Virus record (IMG/VR): IMGVR_UViG_3300033146_005369
Coordinates: 1 to 64,000 of that record
Length of the DNA: 64,000 nt
DNA from: a virus
Taxonomy: Duplodnaviria > Caudoviricetes
Direction: 5' to 3' (one strand)
Shown: positions 36,243-47,496 of the stretch, one piece after another
How the letters are laid out: each line of letters begins with the position of its first letter
How positions within the stretch are numbered: position 1 is the first letter of the stretch
The notes under the pieces: model-generated
Database searches by the model: none
What the model saw: only the letters and a program-made list of their open reading frames with translations
Told to the model about the DNA's origin: nothing
Translations under genes and position numbers: made by a program

Positions 36243-39200
36243 TTATTCCTCAAACTTGTCGTTTTTCATCAAATTTAATCCATCTTTTTGTAAATCACCA
36301 CTTAATATCGTCGCTTTACTCCCCATAACAGAATCATCATCGATTGGTTCAATGATGCTTTCAATTTCTTTCTTGTTATCCTTGAAGTTCAAAAAAATGT
36401 GTTCTACTTTATCCCTTGAAAGTATATGATTCTCAATTACTGTCCTCAATGAGTCAGCTATATTCATGCTAGCTGGCAACATTTGTCTAACAGCATCATA
36501 AATAGCAACATCAATCCATTTATAAAAATTGTGAAATTTTTCAAAATCCAAATCACCATGAACCTTGTCAAAAAACCTCGCCCTTAAAAAATTGAGTTCA
36601 TTGTATTTATCTTGATAAAAAGAAGTCTGTGAACCTATAATATTGTTGAAGTCTTGCAAAGTTGCAAACATTTTCAACATTTCTTCAGAAATGTTTTGGA
36701 ACATGTTCTTCTCAACAGTCATAAACATTTCTGAGGGCCTGGAATTTTTTGTAAAAACAACATCTTCCTCCTCTTTAACTTCAACTGTGTTGAGATTGCT
36801 CACAATTCCAGGAGGCTTTATTTTGAAAACAGGAATATATTCTAATTTTGCTACTTGTTCGTTTGATAAGAATTGCGAACCAAGACCATGATATTGGTAT
36901 TTGATAAAGTGATCTTCATATTCATTTTCATAAGAACCAGAAGATAAGTCTTCAACAGTGAAGCCTCCTCCCGAATCAGAACCAGTGACTTGATCAAATT
37001 CCCAATGCAAAAACATCGCATCATGCTCAAAAAATTGTTGCATTCCATCATCAATCTGCTGCAAACCAAGTGAAGAATTGAGTCTGCCATAATTTTCAAC
37101 ATCTAAATTATGGGCAACTAATTCATCATTTGTAAGCAAATCTGCCCACAATCTGAAAGAGCCAATTTGAACATCTGAATTAATATCTGAGTTACCAGTA
37201 TAATTTTGTAACGATGCCCCAACATAGAACTTCTTATATTCTTCGTCCCATTTTGACATATCAACTGAAGACGTTAATTCAAAGCTATTTCTGACTTCAC
37301 CATATAATGAATTAACCCCAGAAAAAGTCAAAGAACCATTATCGGATAATAAATCACCTGATGAATCAACATTTCTCGAAATCTTAACTTGGAAATTCCA
37401 AACTGAATCGTCATAAACATCATAGAACAAAGATGAAGTAAGAACAGGTATTAAGTCGGAACCGGATAGGGCAAATCTAACATGATTGCTTTCGACTTCG
37501 TTGCGAATAGCTGAAAGATTGAAACAATAACTGCCTAGTTCATCATTACTATCAACTTCATGCACTTCTTTCATACCAAATATTGAAGAAGTCTCAAAAG
37601 GTGTCGAAAAGTAAAAATTTGATTGTACACTTGCTTTTTTCGGGAATAAAACTTCTGCTTCAGCGGTAATTTTCCTAATACTACCAGTAATTTCTCCTTT
37701 AGAATTGTTGTCGCCACTTTTTTTAGACTGAAAGACAGTTGCTCCAAAAGAATCAACAGTATTAAAATTGATATACTTTCTTTTTACCGACGTTAATCCA
37801 GCATTGCTTTCTAATTCGTAAGTGTTATTATCAGTGAAGAAATTTATTTTCAACAATTTTTCATCAATTCCAATACACCTCAATAAATTTCTTATAGATG
37901 TTTCTGTCCCTTTTGTTTTATACAGATAAACAAGATTGTTAAAGATATTCTTATAAATTATGTTTTTGATATTCATCAATTCTTGTTCATAAATTAATGT
38001 ATCAGTTTTGGCCAACAAATATTCACTAATTTCACTATCTACAAAAAGTTCATTGATGTAAAAACCATAAGATTCTAAAATTTCTTTATTATAGTTGAAA
38101 GCTTTGTAATCATCACTAATATAGTTTGCTCTTTGAAGTTCTGGCACCATTTCCATTTGTAAATGGAGTGAATCAAGGTATGTGGCAACAACTTGTGAAA
38201 TTTTTCTAAGCAGATATGATTCGCCTTCTTCATCTTCCTCTTGAATCCAACTGGGGAAGGTGCGATAAAACGCTGCATGATTTAAGGCGTCGTACTCTTT
38301 TCCTTTCAGCTCATATTCATCGAGGGTATCTTGGTATAAATAAGAAGATGAATAGACGATAGGATCTTTGAATTCCTCAAATGACGCACTTGATAAAACT
38401 ATTGCAGATTCAGTGCTTCTAGAGCCTGTTACATACCCTTCCCAAATTCCATTTGTCAACCTCCCTGAGTAATCAAGAATTTGCGAATCAATAGAGTCAA
38501 TTCCGCTATCCCCTTCATTAAATTTGTAATAAACAGACAAATCTGTATTGGAAGTGTCTGTATTTGTGCCACCATAAACTTCTTTATTGTAATTGAGCGC
38601 TATTTCTTTAGAATTTCTAGCAATTTTCCACATTCTAAATTCATCAATAGAGCCAGAAAATTTGCCAAAGCCAGCATCACCAAATATTGGTTTGATTTCA
38701 TAAAGAGCGGTTACTTCTTCCAAAGTCAAATGGCGATCAAACATAGTAAATTCGTCTAAATCACCGTTGAAACGATTAGCGGTCGCACTAAATCGACTTC
38801 TAGCGCCCAATGTAAAATCAAAAGTGTTATCATAATTGTTCGTACCATACGATGTTGGAGATTCATAAGAGCCTACTAAATCAATCAATAATGAACGAGT
38901 GTCGTTTTCTCTATCTACCGAAACATAAACATGATGCCAATCATTATCCTTTGCAACGGTGGTTGACAACGAAATAGAACCTCCACCAGAATCGCGAATG
39001 AACCAATAGAGTCTATTTGAATTGTTATACATGTAATAACAAGGGAAACTAAGGAATTTTGATATTATATATTCAAAAGTTGCTGGGTAATTCCCTCGGA
39101 AATTTATCCAAAAAGCGAAAGAAAAGGAAGATGTTCCAACATCGAATAAGGATTCGCTATTAACTTGCTTGACATAATTGTATGGTGAAGTACCAGAATC

Positions 39201-40283
39201 GAAATGAAGTGAGTTATAGCTACCTTCAATATCTGACGAAGTAGTTTCTAAAGTTGCCCCATATAGTGCTTCAAGAGTGTATTCTGTACCATTTACCGGC
39301 TCTAAATAATCAACTCCACTCTCAACTCTTTCATTCATTCTATAATGGAATCGTACATCCCCAATTGGGAGCACAACATTTTCATAATAATAATTAGAAA
39401 CGCTGGGATGAGTTCCTAACGCACCAATTGTCAACATTTTAGAGCCAGTTACAGCAGAAATCGAAGTCCCAACAATTTTGGATTCATTTAAAACAGAGTC
39501 TTTATACAATTTCAAATTTATTTCGCTTCCGGTGTTTTTCAGGACAACTGCATAGTGATGCCATTCTCCATCTGCGATTAAAAAATCGCCCATTTCTTCT
39601 TCCATGAAACCGTCTGAACCAGATTTACACGTTACAATGAAAGGTTTTTCCGAACCTGTAATAGAAACAACCAATCTCCCATAACTTTCATCACTTTTCG
39701 AAGTCCCAGTTGTAAAAAGGTCCAAAATCGCTTCTTTTTGTGTCAATTCACTGTGGAATTCGTCCTTTTTGAGCCAAAATTCAAATGTTGAACCAGAATT
39801 TAAATCGAAAGCAAGGTTGTCATGCTGATTATCATCAAGCGAATAAATATTCCCAGTTGTGAAAGAATTTTTAGTGTAAATAAATTCGTCAACATCCGAC
39901 TTCCCATAACCAAGATACTGCGAATTTTCCAAGTTGCCCCAACTATTTCGTGAAATAGTTATAAATCCATTGGTTCTAGGATAAGCATTTTCAAACATCC
40001 ATAATTCAAGTTCAGAAGATTCATTTTTCCATTGAATTTTCTCTTTTTTTGAACCATCATAAGGATAAGTGTTTAAAATTTTTTTTATTGAGTCAGAATA
40101 GTAAAACTCTGCTAATCCATAACGAACAAATTGAGCTGGATTACCATAATTCAAAGGTGGAATATATCTTTTATCATATTCCACCTTTTCTTTAACAAAA
40201 TCTGTACTTTCAACCTCTTTTGAAACATTTTCATACGAATTGGCTTCAAAGAGTTTTTTGTTGAAGATATGTTTTAAACTCAC
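36243..40283 (-). CDS. Large multi-LamG baseplate wedge-like protein
   Basis: Several LamG signatures (TFEFWLK/WHHYAV, SFAFWIN/WHHVYV/FNGDLDEF, FSGSIDEFRMW, IGSFRLW) and YLYKTKGTETSIRNLLRCIG wedge-like segment. Confidence 0.8.
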   Translation of the reverse strand: MSLKHIFNKKLFEANSYENVSKEVESTDFVKEKVEYDKRYIPPLNYGNPAQFVRYGLAEFYYSDSIKKILNTYPYDGSKKEKIQWKNESSELELWMFENAYPRTNGFITISRNSWGNLENSQYLGYGKSDVDEFIYTKNSFTTGNIYSLDDNQHDNLAFDLNSGSTFEFWLKKDEFHSELTQKEAILDLFTTGTSKSDESYGRLVVSITGSEKPFIVTCKSGSDGFMEEEMGDFLIADGEWHHYAVVLKNTGSEINLKLYKDSVLNESKIVGTSISAVTGSKMLTIGALGTHPSVSNYYYENVVLPIGDVRFHYRMNERVESGVDYLEPVNGTEYTLEALYGATLETTSSDIEGSYNSLHFDSGTSPYNYVKQVNSESLFDVGTSSFSFAFWINFRGNYPATFEYIISKFLSFPCYYMYNNSNRLYWFIRDSGGGSISLSTTVAKDNDWHHVYVSVDRENDTRSLLIDLVGSYESPTSYGTNNYDNTFDFTLGARSRFSATANRFNGDLDEFTMFDRHLTLEEVTALYEIKPIFGDAGFGKFSGSIDEFRMWKIARNSKEIALNYNKEVYGGTNTDTSNTDLSVYYKFNEGDSGIDSIDSQILDYSGRLTNGIWEGYVTGSRSTESAIVLSSASFEEFKDPIVYSSSYLYQDTLDEYELKGKEYDALNHAAFYRTFPSWIQEEDEEGESYLLRKISQVVATYLDSLHLQMEMVPELQRANYISDDYKAFNYNKEILESYGFYINELFVDSEISEYLLAKTDTLIYEQELMNIKNIIYKNIFNNLVYLYKTKGTETSIRNLLRCIGIDEKLLKINFFTDNNTYELESNAGLTSVKRKYINFNTVDSFGATVFQSKKSGDNNSKGEITGSIRKITAEAEVLFPKKASVQSNFYFSTPFETSSIFGMKEVHEVDSNDELGSYCFNLSAIRNEVESNHVRFALSGSDLIPVLTSSLFYDVYDDSVWNFQVKISRNVDSSGDLLSDNGSLTFSGVNSLYGEVRNSFELTSSVDMSKWDEEYKKFYVGASLQNYTGNSDINSDVQIGSFRLWADLLTNDELVAHNLDVENYGRLNSSLGLQQIDDGMQQFFEHDAMFLHWEFDQVTGSDSGGGFTVEDLSSGSYENEYEDHFIKYQYHGLGSQFLSNEQVAKLEYIPVFKIKPPGIVSNLNTVEVKEEEDVVFTKNSRPSEMFMTVEKNMFQNISEEMLKMFATLQDFNNIIGSQTSFYQDKYNELNFLRARFFDKVHGDLDFEKFHNFYKWIDVAIYDAVRQMLPASMNIADSLRTVIENHILSRDKVEHIFLNFKDNKKEIESIIEPIDDDSVMGSKATILSGDLQKDGLNLMKNDKFEE

Positions 40284-41656
40284 TATTCTTTCTCCACACG
40301 AAACTTAAATTTTCTTCTGAAATCTTGTTGTTTGCCGTCAAATTGATGCATAAATTGAAAGCGATACATTTGATCTTCTTCCAAAATCGACATATCAAAG
40401 TCAAAATAACTCCCAGAAGCGTCATATGAGCATAATGTTGCATTTGATGAAGTTAAATATGGAATAACTTCATATTCATCTGCTTCACGAACCACTTTAT
40501 AATACAAATTTTCAACAATATCTACTTTAGGGTCTGTATTTACTGTTACGTATTTTTCAGGTGTCCAGCGTTTGCGCCTAGTGAAGCACCTAATTCTGGG
40601 CGTTTCAGACACGCTATACTCACTCTTAAGGTCTGGCAGGCTTATGACATATCTCTGGTCTTCAACTGCCTCATAGGCTCGCACAAAGCCACTGTATAAC
40701 AAAATATTGCCAGTGGCAGGCATATACCATCTATCCACCAAGACTGATTCACTAGTATCTAAGGCAAAACTTGCCTTATAAATCCCTGTTTCGACACGAG
40801 TTGTTTCAATTGATGAAGTTAACAATTCGCCTTCTACTGTGTGAAGATTGACAAAAAGATTAGTTGAACCGGGATCTGTTAAAGTGCCACCACGATTACG
40901 GTGGTAATAGTAAATTTCATTCATATTTTCTTCAGCGCTGTACGCTGAAGATGAAGCGAAGAAATTTTGACGCATATCTTTTCTAGAATTGTCCCATCTA
41001 GCTTCGATATATGGCCTCTTGAAGAAATATTGGCTACCTCTTGCACTAAATTTCTTCGTGTAATGCGATAGCGAACCGCTTTCTATTTCTTCCGGCAACC
41101 TAACAACAATTCCTTCATTTGTTATTTCATTTGATATCCATTTTTCAACCAAATCTGTAATATCAATTTCCAAATTTTCATCACCAGTCGCAAATGAGCA
41201 AGAATAATTCGGATTTGTTAAGAAGTCACCACCATTTGTTCCCCATAAATTATTTTCAGATGAAGAAAGCCAGTTAACTGCATCAATGTCAGAATATTCT
41301 TCCATATCAAGTCCTATCCCTTCATTCCAAGAGGATGAAATAGGCTGCACAACAAGCTCAAAATTTCTTGGCAATGTAAAAGGATGTTCTACATTCGATA
41401 ACTTAAGCCAGAACGATACACTCCCTGATGCTTCTAAATCGTTATTGAGTCGATCAGCAACAATAGAATCAATTGGATACTTAATTAAAATTCGCGATGC
41501 TTCAATAGAACTTGTTGAATACTGTCCAGAAAGATTAAACACTTCTAGGGAATCAGATGCTCCCATATTAGCATTTACTGCTCTGGAATTTCCAACAACT
41601 CTATACGCATTTGTAATTGTCGCATCTTTTTCTGCCACATATCTTTTAATGCCCAT
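40283..41656 (-). CDS. DNRLRE-domain-like structural protein
   Basis: AEKDATI...NANMG...SRILIKY...PISSSWNEGIG...WGTNGGDF...NEGIVV pattern, plus an Ig-like C-half. Confidence 0.62.
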   Translation of the reverse strand: MGIKRYVAEKDATITNAYRVVGNSRAVNANMGASDSLEVFNLSGQYSTSSIEASRILIKYPIDSIVADRLNNDLEASGSVSFWLKLSNVEHPFTLPRNFELVVQPISSSWNEGIGLDMEEYSDIDAVNWLSSSENNLWGTNGGDFLTNPNYSCSFATGDENLEIDITDLVEKWISNEITNEGIVVRLPEEIESGSLSHYTKKFSARGSQYFFKRPYIEARWDNSRKDMRQNFFASSSAYSAEENMNEIYYYHRNRGGTLTDPGSTNLFVNLHTVEGELLTSSIETTRVETGIYKASFALDTSESVLVDRWYMPATGNILLYSGFVRAYEAVEDQRYVISLPDLKSEYSVSETPRIRCFTRRKRWTPEKYVTVNTDPKVDIVENLYYKVVREADEYEVIPYLTSSNATLCSYDASGSYFDFDMSILEEDQMYRFQFMHQFDGKQQDFRRKFKFRVEKE

Positions 41657-43449
41657 TATTTTATAACCCCTATGATATCATTCTTGGGATATTTTATTTC
41701 CAATACAGTATCATCCGGTACAAAAATATATCTCCCATCTGTTGTTGTATTCGATTTGATATCAAATTTCGCATCAGAATAATTAATTCCGACTTTTTTA
41801 AAGATATCTATCTTTGTTGTATCCAAAACACCTGGGATGAGGTTGATGAATCTGTATAAATTTCCAATATCAAATGATTCACCGATATGCATTTTGTTTT
41901 TAAATTCTTTATTTAATTTATCTAGAATCCTTGAGTATAACTCTACAGGACTCCCCTTGTTTTCACCAACTACCACAAACCTCATTCCAATATTAACTAT
42001 TTTCGCATTATAAATGTCGATATCATCATTAATCATTTTCTTGTTGTTTAGCCATATTCTTACATTATTTTTCAAAATATTGTTCGGCTCAACAAATTTT
42101 CCCGCCTTTGTTTCAGAAGCAAGATAAATATTTAACTTCCTCCTTGCTTTTTCTCGTCCAACCGTTATTGAAGCACGTTTAATCGCTCCCAATTTAGAAG
42201 GCATTGCATAAATCAATGCTAGATAATCTTGTTTAGTAACCGCGCGATTTTGAGTTGAAAAGTGATTAATAATTTTCATCTTTGTTTCTTCGGAGTTAGT
42301 ATCAACAACATCTCCGACGATATCTGTATCATTATCAACTTCTAAACTTTTACGAACCCGTGTGATTGTTGAACTGTCTAAAACTGTCTCATCACCAAAA
42401 TCGAATAATGCTGTTGAAATATTGGTGACAGAATTTTTAACAGCATTAGAATTGACTGTAGAGTTGGCGCGATATAAAATCCTTAAAGTGGTGTTGATAG
42501 GAGCTATCCCCAATTTGTCAGATGAAATAAGTTTACTTGGGTCAAATGCCTTATCTGTAATATGATCTTTCGCATGAAGCTCTAAAACAACCGTTGAAGG
42601 ATCTAGATAATCTGTTGAATCAATTTCTGTCGAAGAACCATGACCAAATTGTAAAAATGTTCTGTTATTGTCTCTTATAACTGTAAAACGTCTTGGGACT
42701 GGTACTGGCTTTAGAATGGCCTTCGTACTCTCATTCGTCCCCGAATCACGGTTGACAATTGTCTTGAAAACAACATCTTGCGAAAGATATTCAACCTCTG
42801 TGTATTCATTCCCTTCATCGTCTTCAACCAATAAGATTTCAACAATATTCTTATTGGATAACGCTATTTTTAAAAACTTTTGAAAATTCCCAACCGTGCT
42901 ATACTCTTCTCTAATTTCCCCTGAAATACAGTAACCATATGCGCGCACAATGTAAGAAGTTGCTAAACCCGTTGTAGCATTGACCTCTCCAACAACAACT
43001 TGGTTACTATCATCTGCGAAATTAACATCTTCCGCCAAAATAAAAGAATTGCCATCAATTGAAGAAAGTTCACTACCTTTTTTTAAAATAGGAAGATAAC
43101 TTGTGTCAGGACCAATTCCAATAGCTAATGCAGGAATCGAAATGTAAAATGTCAGAATCCCTGAAGAAGAGTTGTTTGGATTGCTCTTATAACCTCTTGA
43201 TAGACCATGGCGAATGATGTTGTTTGGCTGAATTGCTGTACTCAAATTGCTTTCATTAACACCAAAATCAAGATTCAACGATAACTGCGCACCAATCAAG
43301 GCTATCTGATCATACAAAAGCGATTTAAAACTGTTAATATTCGCATCTTTAGAAATTTCTGGGTAGTTGTTTAATTCAAAATCATCCATTGATTTGCGGA
43401 TTGAATTAAAATCCCTATTCGTATACTTTATTGAATCTTTCTTTGTCAT
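41656..43449 (-). CDS. gp6: Baseplate wedge subunit, T4 gp6-like
   Basis: KYTNRDFNSIRK, ESNLSTA...GYK, FSTQNRAVTKQDY motifs; adjacent to gp25. Confidence 0.85.
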   Translation of the reverse strand: MTKKDSIKYTNRDFNSIRKSMDDFELNNYPEISKDANINSFKSLLYDQIALIGAQLSLNLDFGVNESNLSTAIQPNNIIRHGLSRGYKSNPNNSSSGILTFYISIPALAIGIGPDTSYLPILKKGSELSSIDGNSFILAEDVNFADDSNQVVVGEVNATTGLATSYIVRAYGYCISGEIREEYSTVGNFQKFLKIALSNKNIVEILLVEDDEGNEYTEVEYLSQDVVFKTIVNRDSGTNESTKAILKPVPVPRRFTVIRDNNRTFLQFGHGSSTEIDSTDYLDPSTVVLELHAKDHITDKAFDPSKLISSDKLGIAPINTTLRILYRANSTVNSNAVKNSVTNISTALFDFGDETVLDSSTITRVRKSLEVDNDTDIVGDVVDTNSEETKMKIINHFSTQNRAVTKQDYLALIYAMPSKLGAIKRASITVGREKARRKLNIYLASETKAGKFVEPNNILKNNVRIWLNNKKMINDDIDIYNAKIVNIGMRFVVVGENKGSPVELYSRILDKLNKEFKNKMHIGESFDIGNLYRFINLIPGVLDTTKIDIFKKVGINYSDAKFDIKSNTTTDGRYIFVPDDTVLEIKYPKNDIIGVIK

Positions 43450-43802
43450 TATTCACCTATATTCAGCACAATTATATCGCTTATTCCAAGAGCCGTAATA
43501 TAATACGATATTTTCACATTCAATTGATATTCATCTCTATCAACTTCGACTCCATCTAGTTGAATATAAGGCATATATTTTGAAACTTGGCTGTTAATAT
43601 CACTTTCCAAATCGTCTTCGTCTTTCAGGAAAAGATAATCTCTTATCCCAATCCCATAAGAGTTATATAGCACCCTTTCTCCAGGAGATGTTTGAAGAAG
43701 CATTCGCAAATGTTGTTTAATCATCTGCTTCATGCTTCTTATCATTTTAATGCCGTCTGTCATATTAATAGATAACGGCAAATGTGGTCCTAGCGCTTTC
43801 AT
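43449..43802 (-). CDS. gp25: Baseplate gp25-like protein
   Basis: KQHLRMLLQTSPGERVLYNSYGIGIRDYLF...ISKYMPYIQL. Confidence 0.9.
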   Translation of the reverse strand: MKALGPHLPLSINMTDGIKMIRSMKQMIKQHLRMLLQTSPGERVLYNSYGIGIRDYLFLKDEDDLESDINSQVSKYMPYIQLDGVEVDRDEYQLNVKISYYITALGISDIIVLNIGE

Positions 43803-46567
43803 TAAATAACCTTTCTGATACTGTTCACCTTTTCCAAACTACCTTTCATTGGATCAATTTTCAAAACCTTTTTGAAGTCGTCCCCAATATAAGTAGAAAT
43901 TTCTTTTATTATGTCAGAATAAGTTTGAATATCAGAAATGGAATCGATCTTGAACATTTCTTGCAAGTCGGGCGTTTGAAAATCATAACTTTCACTCAAT
44001 TTGTTATAAATTCTCATATAATCTGAATTCAGTTCCTCTTCTTCTGTCAAGGCGTGAGTTCCATATACCTTATACAACGGAATTTTCAGCCAGTTCTGAA
44101 TAAAGTTCCTCAATTGTATTGAAGCCTTAATGATAATTTCACGCATGTTGCCTTCGATATCTTGCCCAGCACTATTCATATCTTTAAAAGTTAGAGAATT
44201 CTGTTTTTTTACTAAGGCATTTTTATCGTACTCGAAATCAATGAAATCATTTACATTCAATTCTATATCATTATACAATCCTGCCCAATCTATATGAAAA
44301 AGGTATGAAACAATATTATCTTTTGGTATAAATGGGGCATTTGCCGAATTATATTCAATATTATCACTCATCAAAACAGGCGTCTCTAATAAAACAGAAA
44401 AATCTTTAAACCGATTAGAAATATAATTATTTAGATTGTAAAAATCCTGTTGAACTTTTGTGATAGCTGGTTCTAATAACGATTTGATTGTCCTCGTTAT
44501 CAAATTGTCATTCTCGGATTGTATAGGAGTTGCATCAATAAAATTCCCAAATTCGCTTTTCAAATCGGCATTTGCTACTTCATCCAAAACATTAATAATG
44601 TTTTGCTTTAAACCTTCATTAATCTCTATTTGACTTTGGATATAATTTTCTGGGATATTTGTTTTTAGTTTATACACACTCTCTTGAGCTTTCTTCAATC
44701 CTTCTTCAAATGAGCAATCAAATGTTTTATTGTTTAAGACCGAAGTTCCTTCAGCAGTTCGGCATAAGTTATCCAAAATTTGGTTGCCTATCACCATCCC
44801 AAATGATTCAAAGAACTCTAACCAACCTTCTTCGCCAAATTTATCTTTCAAGCAAGAAAACTTGTCCTGCTCTAAAATATTCATTACAACTTCTGTTATA
44901 ATCGCAGTCGTTTCACCATGCAACAACAGACAAAGTTGCGAAGGAGTCAAAGAATTAGATACATCTTCAACAAATTCTTTGATCATTTCTTCTGAACAGT
45001 TTGGTGATTTTGCATGATTAGGTGCGTCAAATGGATATGGCGTATTGACCGGCAAGTCATTCATGTCAACGCTTCCAAAATCCTCTGGGAGGTTAAATGT
45101 AGACCCATCTTGGCAAAATCTCGGCAACGATAAGACAATAAGTGATATCAAGCTCTTGAGCATCTTTAAAATCAATTTGAGAATGCCAGTTTCAATAGCA
45201 ATTTGTATAAAAAAAATAAAATCTATTGTTGGAATCTTAGGTAATTTTGGTATTTTCGGCCATGGAATGTTCAAATTGATACAGATTCCAGGTATACAAC
45301 TCATCAAATCTTCTAATAATTGTTGCAAATCTATTTTGCTAATAACATTTACAAGAATTTCAGGCAAACTGTTGATTTTATTTATCAAAGAGGCCAAATC
45401 CTTGAAAATTTCATCAGCATTAAATTCTACCACCACTCCTAGCTTAGCTGACAACAATTTTTGAATGCTTGTTTTTATACTTTCATACTCTCTTAACAAA
45501 TCCGCTCTATAATCTGGTGGCGGATTGTATAAGAAACAACTCTCCCCAGAACTTTCTAAACTAACATCGATATATTCATCTGCCGCTTGATGAACCCTGC
45601 CTGCTGCTCTCAAGGTGTTTGGATTGACCCCATTAAAATCTATTAAAGGATTCGGGAATATATTTTCAAGAAAAAATGTTATCCAATCAACTTCCTCAAA
45701 ATCATTCAAACTCTTGAAAATATTATAAATCATTGATATCAATTGCGCTTTTTTAGCAATAGGTGAATTAACAAAGTTCTTATCACCAATTACTAATTGA
45801 TATCGTGTTTCTGAATTTTGGAAGAAAATATTGATAATGTTATATTTATCATCTATGCCAAAAACAATGAACTCATTTTTGTTATAGATTTCTAAATTGT
45901 TAACATCCAACAAATTTATAATCATTCTTTGCAATCTTTGCAAAGACTTTATTTGCAGTTTGAAACTAAAATTGGCAATTCTTATTTGTTTTTCAAAGCG
46001 TAATTTTGAGACTATTCTTTCGAGTTTAAGCAAAAATTTTTCAATTCTTTCAAATTGTTCCCTAAAGTCCCACAATTCAATTGAAATATAATCATAAATT
46101 GCCTCGTTGTCAACAAAAGGGATTTTGGCGACAGGAAAAACTTCATTGAAAAGTTCCTCGTTCGTCACAACAAGAACGCTTATTTTCGAATTTGGAGTTG
46201 GTTCTAAATACCATTCAGCCGCATTGACATGCGGCAAAAAATTGTTAAACTGCAATTCAACATATTTTTTATTATAAAATTCAAGCAAGAAGTGTAACGC
46301 TTCTTCTTTAGCGCTGAGTAAAATTTGCTGCAATTCAGAATCGTTCTCGAAACCATATGAATCAGTCTTGATTCTTACTTTTAGTAATTTCCCTATTTTG
46401 AACGGTTGTTTGCTTTCTCTTAAAATCCAAGAAATATTTCGTTCAATTTTTTCTCCAATATCAGAAGCAAGTGAAACTGGAGGTGTAGAAAAATCAACAA
46501 ATAACCCATCTGTATTGACTTCACTTTCAGAAAAAGTTTTTAAACTTTCAAGAGTTTTGAGAACCAT
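43802..46567 (-). CDS. Large hypothetical baseplate-region protein
   Basis: 921 aa, helical, with a Cys-containing middle and PWPKIPKLPKIP segment. Confidence 0.72.
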   Translation of the reverse strand: MVLKTLESLKTFSESEVNTDGLFVDFSTPPVSLASDIGEKIERNISWILRESKQPFKIGKLLKVRIKTDSYGFENDSELQQILLSAKEEALHFLLEFYNKKYVELQFNNFLPHVNAAEWYLEPTPNSKISVLVVTNEELFNEVFPVAKIPFVDNEAIYDYISIELWDFREQFERIEKFLLKLERIVSKLRFEKQIRIANFSFKLQIKSLQRLQRMIINLLDVNNLEIYNKNEFIVFGIDDKYNIINIFFQNSETRYQLVIGDKNFVNSPIAKKAQLISMIYNIFKSLNDFEEVDWITFFLENIFPNPLIDFNGVNPNTLRAAGRVHQAADEYIDVSLESSGESCFLYNPPPDYRADLLREYESIKTSIQKLLSAKLGVVVEFNADEIFKDLASLINKINSLPEILVNVISKIDLQQLLEDLMSCIPGICINLNIPWPKIPKLPKIPTIDFIFFIQIAIETGILKLILKMLKSLISLIVLSLPRFCQDGSTFNLPEDFGSVDMNDLPVNTPYPFDAPNHAKSPNCSEEMIKEFVEDVSNSLTPSQLCLLLHGETTAIITEVVMNILEQDKFSCLKDKFGEEGWLEFFESFGMVIGNQILDNLCRTAEGTSVLNNKTFDCSFEEGLKKAQESVYKLKTNIPENYIQSQIEINEGLKQNIINVLDEVANADLKSEFGNFIDATPIQSENDNLITRTIKSLLEPAITKVQQDFYNLNNYISNRFKDFSVLLETPVLMSDNIEYNSANAPFIPKDNIVSYLFHIDWAGLYNDIELNVNDFIDFEYDKNALVKKQNSLTFKDMNSAGQDIEGNMREIIIKASIQLRNFIQNWLKIPLYKVYGTHALTEEEELNSDYMRIYNKLSESYDFQTPDLQEMFKIDSISDIQTYSDIIKEISTYIGDDFKKVLKIDPMKGSLEKVNSIRKVI

Positions 46568-46578
46568 TTTAACCCCGA

Positions 46579-47496
46579 TTAAGATGTTGTGTTAAATTCG
46601 CTATTGATAAATTTTTCTGCCATTGGAGTTAAATAATTCAATTTAAAAATACTTAGATTAGCTTTATTTGCCAAAAGTGAAAAATATGATTGTGACATGA
46701 TTTTTATAGATGTTGCAATACCAGTTGCAGCCATTTCAGCGGATGGTGGTGCTGTCGGATGAGTGTGAAAAGCTGCAACAGCATTTAAAACATTCTGATT
46801 AGACATAAATGTCTCAATAATCCCACTCAATTCTGAAACAAGCTCAACAAGTTCACTCATTGCTTCAACCAAGTTGTTCCCTTTTGGAATCGGTTGCAAA
46901 TCTTTATCATCATTCATTGCAATAAGATCAATCCCATATTTTCCAACCGATTTGCCACCTTGTGAATTGACTTTATCAAGTCCTGTTACTAATTTAATCC
47001 CCTCTCTCGCCACTATTCTTATAGAATCTGCTTTCAAACCAATACCAGATTTTTTTGTACTTTGACCAACATGGCCCTCAACAAGCCCAAAATTTTTATC
47101 AATATCGGTTTTTTGGCTTATATGGATTCTTGCTGCATCAGTTTCAAAATTTGGGTTTACCCAGATTTTTTTTCCTTCTGGATCAACTCCTTTGGGCAAA
47201 TAACTAGTTCGTCCCACAACTATATCAATTGAACCACAATTGGTGTGACCTTTTGCAGAATAACCGCTAAAACGGTCTCCTGGCCTATCTCGTCCAAAAA
47301 CAATCCACGTGTTGTTCTCATGGGAGATAACGTGTTCACTAGGCAATACAACGAAATTGACTTCTGGTTCCAACAATCTATCGCCATCAATACCAGACAA
47401 TGATGCTTTTTCATCATCGGGATAAATTTGTAATTGTTTACTTCTTTTGGCGCTAAGACCAGTCAGCTCAATCGTTTTTACAAACTTTGTACTCAT
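46579..47496 (-). CDS. Central spike protein, gp5 C-terminal/P2 gpV-like
   Basis: Start moved to MSTKF (ATGA overlap); Gly-rich beta repeats (WIVFGRDRP, IDIVVGR, ARIHISQK, IRIVAREGIKLV) and HTH motif at 46759-46767. Confidence 0.65.
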   Translation of the reverse strand: MSTKFVKTIELTGLSAKRSKQLQIYPDDEKASLSGIDGDRLLEPEVNFVVLPSEHVISHENNTWIVFGRDRPGDRFSGYSAKGHTNCGSIDIVVGRTSYLPKGVDPEGKKIWVNPNFETDAARIHISQKTDIDKNFGLVEGHVGQSTKKSGIGLKADSIRIVAREGIKLVTGLDKVNSQGGKSVGKYGIDLIAMNDDKDLQPIPKGNNLVEAMSELVELVSELSGIIETFMSNQNVLNAVAAFHTHPTAPPSAEMAATGIATSIKIMSQSYFSLLANKANLSIFKLNYLTPMAEKFINSEFNTTS

